Shown here: positions 10,854-18,515 of the stretch, one piece after another | Layout: each line of letters starts with the position of its first letter | Numbering within the stretch: position 1 is the stretch's first letter | DNA from: an uncultured Actinomycetes bacterium | GTDB lineage: Bacteria; Actinomycetota; Thermoleophilia; Gaiellales; Gaiellaceae | Direction: 5' to 3' | DNA length: 64,000 bases | NCBI GenBank assembly: GCA_963841175.1 | Contig: CAWJBN010000005.1 | Location: forward strand, 113,663 to 177,662 | Translations under genes and position numbers: made by a program | The notes under the pieces: model-generated | Told to the model about the DNA's origin: nothing | The model's input: only the letters and a program-made list of their open reading frames with translations | Database searches by the model: none

Positions 10854-11414
10854 CTATGTGGCGTTCGGCACCAGGTCCGGGTGCAGAACCGCGACGTACG
10901 GGAGGTTCCGGTAGCGCTCGGCGAAGTCGAGCCCGTAGCCGATCACGAACCGGTTGGGGATCTCGAACCCCACGTAGCGCACCGGCACGTCGATCTCGCG
11001 GCGCTCGGGCTTCGTCAGCAGGGTCACGACCTCGAGCGACGCCGGCCCGCGCGCCCGCAGGTTGCGCATGAGGTACGAGAGGGTCAGCCCCGAGTCGATG
11101 ATGTCCTCGACGACGAGCACGTCGCGCCCGGCGACGTTGATGTCGAGGTCCTTGAGGATCCGGACCACGCCGGAGGAGTCGGTGGCCGCGCCGTAGCTCG
11201 AGATCGCCATGAAGTCGATCTCGCACGGCACCGTCAGCTCACGCATGAGGTCGGCCATGAAGAAGACCGCGCCCTTGAGCACTCCGACGAGGAGCAGGTC
11301 GCGGCCCGCGTAGTCCGCCGAGATCTCGACTCCGAGCTCGGAGACGCGCGACTGCAGCGGGACCTGCTCGATGAGGATCTCGCCGACTCCCTGCTCGAGC
11401 TCAGCCTGGGTCAT
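10854..11414 (-). CDS. hpt: Hypoxanthine phosphoribosyltransferase
   Basis: C-terminal 186 aa of the 359-aa track ORF, starting at MTQAELEQGV. It has the PRPP-binding motif VLVVEDIIDSGLTL. Confidence 0.9.
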   Translation of the reverse strand: MTQAELEQGVGEILIEQVPLQSRVSELGVEISADYAGRDLLLVGVLKGAVFFMADLMRELTVPCEIDFMAISSYGAATDSSGVVRILKDLDINVAGRDVLVVEDIIDSGLTLSYLMRNLRARGPASLEVVTLLTKPERREIDVPVRYVGFEIPNRFVIGYGLDFAERYRNLPYVAVLHPDLVPNAT

Positions 11415-12433
11415 CGCGCACATCCTTCCATGCCCGGACGGCGCCTTCCCAGCCAGGCGCCTCCGCGATCCCCGGAACCGCCACCACCTCGTCCCCGGAG
11501 ACGACGAGCGGCCAGGTATCGCGCTCTTCCCGCGGCACCTTCGCGTCCACGAGCAGATCCTGCACCTTCTTGCGCCGTCCTGCGAGCCGGTCTCCCGGCC
11601 GGCGAGCGCGCACCTCCAGCCCGGCGACGTCGCTCTCGAGGCGCCACGGCCCGAACTCGACCGTGCCCTCGAGCCGCAGCGTGTCGTACGTGCGCACCGC
11701 CCGGATGCCGCGGCCGAGGTCGGCGCTCTTCGTCCCCGCGGTGGAGGAGAGAAGCTCGAGCAGAGTCTCCTCGAGCGCCCGCGGGAGCCGTGGCCGCTCC
11801 GACGCGAGCGCGAGCAGGTTTCGATCGGCTCCCGGATGCAGGCGCCGCAGGAGCGGGAGGATCTCGTCGCGGACGAGGCCGCGCTTCGTGTCCGCGTTCG
11901 AGGAGTCGACCCGGAACGAGAGGCCGCGCTCACGGCAGTACGCCTCCGTCTCTTCGCGCCAGAGCGGCAGGAGCGGGCGCACGACGCCGTCCTCGCGCCG
12001 AGCGCGGATCCCGCGCGTCGAACCGGACGAGACGAGCCGGTAGAGCACGGTCTCCACCTGGTCCGAGGCGGTGTGGCCGGTCGCGCGCAGGCCGCGGCCC
12101 GCCGTCAGCAGGTAGCGGACATCGCGCAGATCGGCCTCGGTTGCGGGCCGGGCAGCCGGCCTCTGCCCCTGGATTCGGACGGCCGGCGTGCCCGCGACGA
12201 TCTCGGCGCCCATGAGCGTCGCGGCAGTGGCGTGCGTCCTCCTCGGACTCCTCGCCGCGCAGGCCGTGGTTCACGTGGACGGCCGAGACGCGGTAGCCGA
12301 GCTCCCGCAGGACATGCCACAGGCAGGTGGAGTCCGCCCCACCGGACACGAGGCACGCGACCTCGCCTCCGGGCGGGATCAGGTCGTGCTCTCGGACGAA
12401 GCGTTGGACGCGCTCCTGGACGCGGCCCGACAT
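11401..12433 (-). pseudogene. tilS: tRNA(Ile)-lysidine synthase TilS, interrupted by a +1 frameshift near 12214
   Basis: The N-terminal frame (from 12433) has the PP-loop SGGADS and reads to ...EEDARHCRDA. The continuation (M)GAEIVAG...TASDQVETVLYRL... is in the frame of ORF 11401-12213. Total length is 3n+1. Confidence 0.85.
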
Positions 12434-12464
12434 GCGCCCATTGTGACCGTTTGCAGGGGTGTGT

Positions 12465-13363
12465 TCAGCCGCCGAGCGCGGAGACCTCGGCGACGTCGGC
12501 GGCGGGCGGCGGCACGATGCCGACGTCCGCTCCGTAGTCGTAGAGCTCGAAGACCATCGACGCCTCGACCGCTCCGGTCATGCCCTCCGGCGAGGCCGAG
12601 AACGAGAGCTCCACCTTCCGCACGTAGCCGTCGTCGTCGAGCCAGACTTCGAGCGGCAACTCGGTGAGCCCGGCCTGCTGGACGAGGTCGCCCAGCATGT
12701 CCCGAAGCTCCTTGCGCTTGCCGGGCGGGACCAGCTGCTCGTAGTTGCGCAGGTCGATCGTCGCGCGATAGTGCGTCGTCGTGACGCCGCGCAGCTCCTC
12801 GCTGCCGACGGTCTCGATCTCGCCCGAGACGCCCTCGAGGAAGTCGAGCAGCGCGCGCGGGTCCTCGTCCGTGAACTGCTTGAGGTTCGAGAGCTCGAGG
12901 CCCGCCGGACCTCGCCGTCTCCTCGGCGTCGATCCGCACCCACGTCTTGCCCGCGGGCAGCTTCTCGGCGATCGCCGGGAAGCGCATGTACACGACGGTT
13001 CCGTCCTGGATCGCCTCGATCCGCCAGGCGTCCGGGCCGAGGTCGGGCCCCGTGCCCTGCCCTCCGAAGAGGCCGCCGAACAGCCTCACGATCGCGGAGA
13101 GGTCGAACGTGAGGGCCGCGCGATCGGCTGCGGTGTCGTACGCGCCTTGCCCGGTGAACCGCACTGGCGTACCAAGGCCCGGGTACGTCATCTCCAGCGC
13201 GAGGTCGAAGCGGCCGCTCGGCGCCTCCGCGCTCGCAGACGCCGCCTGCGTGAGCTCGTCGAGGGTGACCGGCTCCAAGCGCCCCGGCGCCGCCGCAGCC
13301 GCCGAGCACGGCGACCGCGCCCACGAGGGCGAACAGCGCGAGCAGCCTGCGGAGGCGGGCCAT
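12465..13363 (-). pseudogene. Putative lipoprotein (LolA/LppX-like fold guess) with two +1 frameshifts (about 13279 and about 12900)
   Basis: The signal peptide and lipobox MARLRRLLALFALVGAVAVLGGC start at ATG 13363 in one frame. The body EPVTLDELTQ...KTWVRIDAEETARSGG is in a second frame. LELSNLKQFTDEDPRALLDF...MLGDLVQQ...ALGG is in a third. Total length is 3n+2. Confidence 0.6.
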
Positions 13364-13383
13364 CCCCCCGAAGGTCGGCCCGC

Positions 13384-14007
13384 TCACGGGCGCGCTCGTC
13401 CCTCCACCGAGGGATCCCTGAACGCGGGCGCCCGGCTCCACTCCTCGAGGAGGGTAGCCGCCTGCTCCAGCTCCCGCGCGGTCAGGCGATACGGCGCCGC
13501 GTGCTCGACGGCGGCCATGCGCGACGCCGGCGCGAGCCCGCCCGCGGCGTCGAAGAGGTACCGGAGCGCGAGCGCGTGCGTGACGACCAGCACCCGTTCC
13601 TCGGGCCGCTCGAGCAGCGCTCGAGCGCCCCGCGCGAAACGAGCCGCGGCGTCCGCCCTGCTCTCCCCGCCCCCCGGCGCCGGGACCGTCGGCAGCTCCG
13701 CCGCCGCCCACGTGCGATAGGCGTCGAGCAGGCCGCCGCCGTACTCCCCGAACCCGATCTCGGCGAGCTCCGGGAGGACGAGGCGGGGGACGTCGCGACC
13801 GTGGAGCGCGAGATCGAGCGTCTCGAGCGTCCGCGCGAAGCCGGTCGAGACGCCGACGTCGATCCGCTCGTCCGCGAGCGCGTCCCGCAGGCGAAGCGCC
13901 TGCTCGCGTCCCTCCTCCGTGAGGCCGTCGCCGGGAGCGTCCGAGGACGCCACCCCGTCGCGGTTCGAGGCCGCATGCCCGTGCCGGACGAGGACGAGCT
14001 CCCTCAC
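13384..14007 (-). CDS. Histidine phosphatase family protein (phosphoglycerate mutase-like)
   Basis: 207 aa from GTG (VRELVLVRHGHAASN...). It has the RHG catalytic motif and a later ...VVTHALALR motif. The start lies 1 nt after the stop of the upstream GNAT gene. Confidence 0.8.
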   Translation of the reverse strand: MRELVLVRHGHAASNRDGVASSDAPGDGLTEEGREQALRLRDALADERIDVGVSTGFARTLETLDLALHGRDVPRLVLPELAEIGFGEYGGGLLDAYRTWAAAELPTVPAPGGGESRADAAARFARGARALLERPEERVLVVTHALALRYLFDAAGGLAPASRMAAVEHAAPYRLTARELEQAATLLEEWSRAPAFRDPSVEGRARP

Positions 14008-14008
14008 G

Positions 14009-14791
14009 TCAGAGCAGGACCGAGCGGTAGTCGAGGACGTGCTCCATCCCGACCGTCTCGTAGAGCCGGATCGCGGCCGCGTTCTCGGCTCGCACGAAGA
14101 GGCAGACGGCCGGGGTCTCCTCGAGCAGCAGGCGGCAGAGGTCGCGGAGGCCGCGGGCTCCGTACCCGCGGCGCCTCGCCGCCGGGTCGACCCACACCTG
14201 CTGGAGTTGCACCGCCGAGGGCGTCCACGCGGAGGCCTCGGCCTTGAACAGGATCGTCCCGTTCTCGAGCCAGAGCCAGGACCGGCCGTCCTCGATCTGG
14301 CTGCGTGTGCGCCAGCGGAAGCCCTCTCGGTCGCGGCGGATCGGATCGATCCCGATCTCCTGCTCGTGCGCGGCGGCGCACGCCGGCACGAGCAGCTCGA
14401 GGTCGTCGAGCGTCGCCGGGCGCAGGCCGGTGTCTCCGTCCGCAGGCGCGTCCCGGATGACGAAGACCGGCTGGCCGGGCCGGTTCTCGCGCGGTCGCGG
14501 AAGCCGCGAGCGCACCGCCCTCCAGAGGTCCGAAACCGCCTTTGCCTCACCGATCAGCATCCGGGGGGACGCGCGCGCGACCTCGCGGGCGAACGCGCCG
14601 CACCCGGCGCCCGACGGCACCGCGTTGACGCCCACGTGGCAGAGCGCCTCGAGCCGGCCGCGCGTCGAGACCGCGACGAAGCGGCCGATCGAGCGCAGTG
14701 CCATGTCCTCGAGGAAGACCCGCTCGATCGGGTCCTCGGCGCAGAAGCGCATGATCTGCTCCCGCTTCGGCTCGACGAGTTTTCCGCCCAC
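14009..14791 (-). CDS. GNAT family N-acetyltransferase (DUF4081-type N-terminal domain)
   Basis: 260-aa ORF. The C-terminal half has an acetyl-CoA binding-like QQVWVDPAARRRGYGARGL motif. Confidence 0.7.
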   Translation of the reverse strand: MGGKLVEPKREQIMRFCAEDPIERVFLEDMALRSIGRFVAVSTRGRLEALCHVGVNAVPSGAGCGAFAREVARASPRMLIGEAKAVSDLWRAVRSRLPRPRENRPGQPVFVIRDAPADGDTGLRPATLDDLELLVPACAAAHEQEIGIDPIRRDREGFRWRTRSQIEDGRSWLWLENGTILFKAEASAWTPSAVQLQQVWVDPAARRRGYGARGLRDLCRLLLEETPAVCLFVRAENAAAIRLYETVGMEHVLDYRSVLL

Positions 14792-14834
14792 GCGGAAAAC
14801 TCTAGGAGAGCGCGGTTCGGGACCTGCCCTCTAA

Positions 14835-14855
14835 CCAGAACCCGTAGGGTTCTGG
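14835..14855 (+). promoter_or_regulatory. Perfect hairpin abutting the deoD start codon
   Basis: CCAGAACCC-gta-GGGTTCTGG, followed by CC and then the deoD GTG (14858). It is preceded by TAA. The nearest AGGAG is about 50 nt upstream. Confidence 0.5.
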
Positions 14856-14857
14856 CC

Positions 14858-15580
14858 GTGCCGATCCACCTCCGCGCGAACCCCGGCGACTACGCGGAGG
14901 CGTGCCTCCTTCCCGGCGACCCGCTGCGTGCGAAGTACATCGCCGAGACGTTCCTCGAGGACGTCGCGCAGGTCAACACCGAGCGCGGCCTGCTCGGGTT
15001 CACGGGCAGCTGGGAGGGCAAGCGCGTGTCCGTCCAGGGAACCGGGATGGGGTGCCCGGGCGCGACCATCGTCTTCGAGGAGCTGATCCAGCTCGGCGTG
15101 AAGAGACTGCTGCGCGTCGGGACCTGCGGCGGGCTGCAGCCGGACCACGCGCTCGGCGACCTCATCGTCGCCCTGTCCGCCGTCTCGGCCGACTCGACGG
15201 CCTCGCATCTCGTCGGCGGCGAGCCGCACTGCCCGACCGCGAGCTGGGAGCTCATCCACGAGGCCGTGCACGTCGCGAAGCACTCAGACGTCGCACTGCG
15301 CGTCGGCCCGATCGTCTCGAGCGACCTCTTCTACAACCCCGACGAGGGCCAGTACGAGCGCTGGTCGAAGCGCGGCATCCTTGCGGTCGAGATGGAAGCC
15401 TCGGCGCTCTTCACGGTCGGCGCCCTCCGCGGCGTGCAGTCGGGCTGCCTGCTGACGGTGAGCGACATCGTGGTCGAGGGCGAGTTCGTCAGGATCTCGG
15501 AGGACGAGCTGCGGGCCGCGGTCGACCGGATGACGCGGATCGCGCTCGAGACGGCGACCGCCGGCCAGAACGGCCATTAG
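14858..15580 (+). CDS. deoD: Purine-nucleoside phosphorylase, DeoD type
   Basis: 240 aa from GTG (VPIHLRANPGDYAEACLLPGDPLRAKYIAETFLED...), collinear with the E. coli DeoD N-terminus as I remember it. VQGTGMGCPG and AVEMEASAL motifs are present. Confidence 0.9.
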   Translation: MPIHLRANPGDYAEACLLPGDPLRAKYIAETFLEDVAQVNTERGLLGFTGSWEGKRVSVQGTGMGCPGATIVFEELIQLGVKRLLRVGTCGGLQPDHALGDLIVALSAVSADSTASHLVGGEPHCPTASWELIHEAVHVAKHSDVALRVGPIVSSDLFYNPDEGQYERWSKRGILAVEMEASALFTVGALRGVQSGCLLTVSDIVVEGEFVRISEDELRAAVDRMTRIALETATAGQNGH

Positions 15581-16490
15581 CGCAATCCGCACGGTCTTCC
15601 TCGTCAACCCCGCCTCGGCAGGAGGCTCGACCGGCAAGCGCTGGCCCGAGCTGGCGCACCGCGCCGCAGCGCTCGGGCTCGCGGGAGACGCGCTCATCTC
15701 CGAGGAGCCGGGCGGGCTCACCGCGCTCGCGCGCGAGGCGATCGCGGGAGGAGCGCAGCGGCTCGTGGTCGTCGGCGGGGACGGCTCCGTGAACGAGGTG
15801 GTCAACGGCAGCGCGGGCGCCGAGGGCGTCGAGCTCGCGGTCATCGCGCGCGGCACGGGCTGGGACTTCGTGCGGACGTATGGCATCCCGCGCGAGCTCG
15901 AGCAGGCGGTGGAGGTCGCTCTGTCGGGCGACATCCGGGAGATCGACCTCGGTCTCGTCACGTTCCGGACCTGGGCCGGCGACGAGGGCCGCTCCCACTT
16001 CGCGAACGTCGCGAGCGCCGGCATCAGCGGCGCAATCGCGCAGCGCGCGAACGAGACGTCCAAGGCGCTCGGCGGCAAGATCTCCTACTACTGGTCGACG
16101 CTCGCCGTCTTCGTGCGCTGGCAGACCGGCGAGATGCGGATCACCGTGGACGACGAGACGCGCGCCCAGAAGGTCATCGACGTGCTCGTCGCGAACGGCC
16201 GCTACCTCGGCGGCGGGATGATGATGCTGCCGGAGGCCGAGCCGGACGACGGGCTCTTCGACGTCCTCGTCATCGGGGACGTCACGAAGCGCGATCTCAT
16301 GTTCACGCTGCCGAAGAGCTACCGGGGCAAGCATCTCCCGCACCCGCGGCTCGAGGTGCTGCGCGGGCGCACGGTCACCGTGGACGCGGACGAGCCGCTT
16401 CCGATCCAGCTCGACGGAGAGCAGCCGGGCACGACGCCCGCGCGCTTCGAGGTCGTCCCGCGCGCGCTGCGACTGCGCGTGCCGCGCTAG
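15576..16490 (+). CDS. Diacylglycerol kinase family lipid kinase (YegS/LCB5-like), no canonical start codon for the conserved N-terminus
   Basis: The track ORF starts at GTG 15765 (VVVGGDGSVNEV). The same frame is open from 15534 and encodes the conserved N-terminal strand ISAIRTVFLVNPASAGGSTGKRW, which has no ATG, GTG or TTG. ATT at 15576 overlaps the deoD TAG. Confidence 0.8.
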   Translation: MSAIRTVFLVNPASAGGSTGKRWPELAHRAAALGLAGDALISEEPGGLTALAREAIAGGAQRLVVVGGDGSVNEVVNGSAGAEGVELAVIARGTGWDFVRTYGIPRELEQAVEVALSGDIREIDLGLVTFRTWAGDEGRSHFANVASAGISGAIAQRANETSKALGGKISYYWSTLAVFVRWQTGEMRITVDDETRAQKVIDVLVANGRYLGGGMMMLPEAEPDDGLFDVLVIGDVTKRDLMFTLPKSYRGKHLPHPRLEVLRGRTVTVDADEPLPIQLDGEQPGTTPARFEVVPRALRLRVPR

Positions 16491-16921
16491 CGGAAGACTC
16501 GACCTACGATGCGGAAGAGCTTGGGCCCCGTGCGGCAGCCGTCGCGGCCGCACACCGTTCCCATGATCCCGATCTCGACCCGGCTCACGCCTCCTCGCGG
16601 AACCTTCGCTCTCGCCCGGTAACCGCCCGGGCGGAGCGTGTGCACCCCGTACGCGAGCGGTGTGCGCGAGCCGCCGGGGCCGACGAGACGGACGAACACG
16701 TAGCCCGCGCCGAAGGGCCGGCGCTTCCCTGCCTCGGCGTAGGTGAGCGTCCACGCGACCGTGACGCGCGAGCCCGGCTCCGCGTCGCGTGAGATCGGCG
16801 TCAGCACGCGCGCGACGACGTCCTCCTTCGCCGCGGCCGCCGGCGCCCACAGGGCGAGCAGGACGGCGAGCACCGGTACAGCGGCAAGCGAGCGCAAGGC
16901 CACGCTCTCCCTACGTCTCAC
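16487..16921 (-). CDS. Hypothetical secreted protein
   Basis: 144-aa ORF with a signal-peptide-like N-terminus (SLAAVPVLAVLLALWAPAAAA). I recognise no family. Confidence 0.5.
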   Translation of the reverse strand: MRRRESVALRSLAAVPVLAVLLALWAPAAAAKEDVVARVLTPISRDAEPGSRVTVAWTLTYAEAGKRRPFGAGYVFVRLVGPGGSRTPLAYGVHTLRPGGYRARAKVPRGGVSRVEIGIMGTVCGRDGCRTGPKLFRIVGRVFR

Positions 16922-16941
16922 GGCGCTCGCCGGTTCCCGCG

Positions 16942-17256
16942 CTACGTCGAGGTCGGCTTCGGCTTCGGCTTGCTCGTCGTCGTGCGGCGTGCCGGCGCCT
17001 TCGCCTTCTTCAGCGCCGCGACCTCCTTCTCGAGCTCCTGTACCCGTGCTTCCAGCGCGTCGATCCCGCGCACCTTCTTGCCCATCTCGTCCACCCGGGC
17101 ACGAAGTTCGTTGAACGCGGTCACGGCACGCTGCCCGCCGGGGAAGTCCGAGAGCCTCTGCAGCGCCTCCTCGCCGGCGTCGGCAAGCCTGCTCACGAGG
17201 TCCTTCTCCTTGGCGCCCGAGGACTTGCGGCGCGTGGTCGTTGTCGTGTCGGCCAT
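16942..17256 (-). CDS. Hypothetical coiled-coil protein with basic termini
   Basis: 104-aa ORF with heptad-like ...RARVDEMGKKVRGIDALEARVQELEKEVAALKKAK and Lys/Thr-rich ends. Confidence 0.5.
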   Translation of the reverse strand: MADTTTTTRRKSSGAKEKDLVSRLADAGEEALQRLSDFPGGQRAVTAFNELRARVDEMGKKVRGIDALEARVQELEKEVAALKKAKAPARRTTTSKPKPKPTST

Positions 17257-17313
17257 GCGACAGTCATAGCAGCTCCATCGGGCAGCGCTTCGGGTCCTCT
17301 GATCTTCGGCGCG

Positions 17314-17339
17314 ACCGGAATTCCCCTCGGGATTCCGGT
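17314..17339 (-). terminator. Stop-proximal hairpin after the Sir2 gene (member of the CCrGAAyCC hairpin family)
   Basis: ACCGGAATTCCC-ctc-GGGATTCCGGT, 11 bp with one bulged T, 11 nt downstream of the Sir2 stop on the minus strand. There is no U tract. Confidence 0.4.
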
Positions 17340-17350
17340 CTTGCGCACCA

Positions 17351-18073
17351 TCAGAGTGCGGCGACCACGGCCTCGAGCGTCTCCCCCGCGGGGGCGTCGA
17401 TCTTCACGAGCGCGCCGTCGTCGAGCGCCGTCGGGCCGCGGTTGACGATCGCGAACGCGCGGGCCTCGAGCGGCAGCCCCGCGACCGGCCACACCTCGAG
17501 CGTGGAGCCGACGACGAGCAGGAGCCCAGCGCCGCGCGCGAGCTCGGTCGCGCGCTCGATCGATCCCGGTGGGAGCAGCTCGCCGAAGAGGGTCACGTCC
17601 GGCTTCAGGATCTCGCCGCAGTGGCGGCAGAGGGGCGTCGGCTGGTCGGCGAGCTGCGCGAGCACGCCCTCGATCCCCTCTCTCCAGAGACACGCGAGGC
17701 ATACCGCGAACCGGATCGACCCGTGCACCTCGACGACCTCGCGGCTGCCGGCGCGCGCGTGCAGGGTGTCGATGTTCTGGGTGACGACCGCGCGGACGAG
17801 GCCGCGCTCCTCGAGCTCCGCGAGCGCACGGTGGCCGGCGTTCGGCTCCGCCTCCAGGAGCACTGCCAGCCGCTGCCGGTAGAAGTCCCAGACGCGCTCG
17901 GGATCGCGGCGAAACGCGTCGATGGACGCGACCTCGAACGGATCGACGTCGGCCCAGATCCCCGTCGGCGAGCGGAAGTCCGGGATTCCGCTCTCGGTCG
18001 AGATCCCCGCTCCCGTGAGCACGACGCAAGGCTGGCGCTCGCGAATCAAGGCGGCTAGCCAAGCGGCCGACAC
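17351..18073 (-). CDS. cobB: NAD-dependent protein deacylase (Sir2 family)
   Basis: 240-aa ORF with GAGISTESGIPDFRS, VTQNIDTLH and a CxxC...CxxC zinc ribbon. Confidence 0.9.
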   Translation of the reverse strand: MSAAWLAALIRERQPCVVLTGAGISTESGIPDFRSPTGIWADVDPFEVASIDAFRRDPERVWDFYRQRLAVLLEAEPNAGHRALAELEERGLVRAVVTQNIDTLHARAGSREVVEVHGSIRFAVCLACLWREGIEGVLAQLADQPTPLCRHCGEILKPDVTLFGELLPPGSIERATELARGAGLLLVVGSTLEVWPVAGLPLEARAFAIVNRGPTALDDGALVKIDAPAGETLEAVVAAL

Positions 18074-18095
18074 GCTGCGATTCTAGGGTTGCCCC

Positions 18096-18515
18096 ATGGA
18101 GGGCTTCTCGTTCTCGACGGAGGTGCAGGTGCGCTTCGCGGAGACGGATGCGCAGGGCATCGCGCACCACGCCTCGTTCCTCGTCTGGTTCGAGGTCGCC
18201 CGCGTCGCCTACCTCGAGGAGCATGCGGGCGGGTATCGCGCCATCCGCGAGCGCGGGCTCGAGGCGCTCACGACCGAGGCTCACGTCCGCTACCACCGCG
18301 CGGCGTACTTCGACGACCGCCTCACGGTGTGGACGCGGTGCGCGGAGATGCGCGGGGCGCGCTTCCGCTACGAGTACCGCGTCGAGCGCGACGGCGAGCT
18401 CGTGGCGGACGGCTCCACCAGGCACGCGACGGTCGATCGCGAGACGTACCGTCCGACGCGAGTGCCGGCCTGGCTCGTCGAGGCGGTGACTAAGGCAGAG
18501 GCGCCGGCGGCGTAG
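18096..18515 (+). CDS. Acyl-CoA thioesterase (4HBT/YbgC family)
   Basis: 139-aa ORF. VRFAETDAQGIAHHASFLVWFEVAR is the hot-dog fold catalytic region. Confidence 0.85.
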   Translation: MEGFSFSTEVQVRFAETDAQGIAHHASFLVWFEVARVAYLEEHAGGYRAIRERGLEALTTEAHVRYHRAAYFDDRLTVWTRCAEMRGARFRYEYRVERDGELVADGSTRHATVDRETYRPTRVPAWLVEAVTKAEAPAA

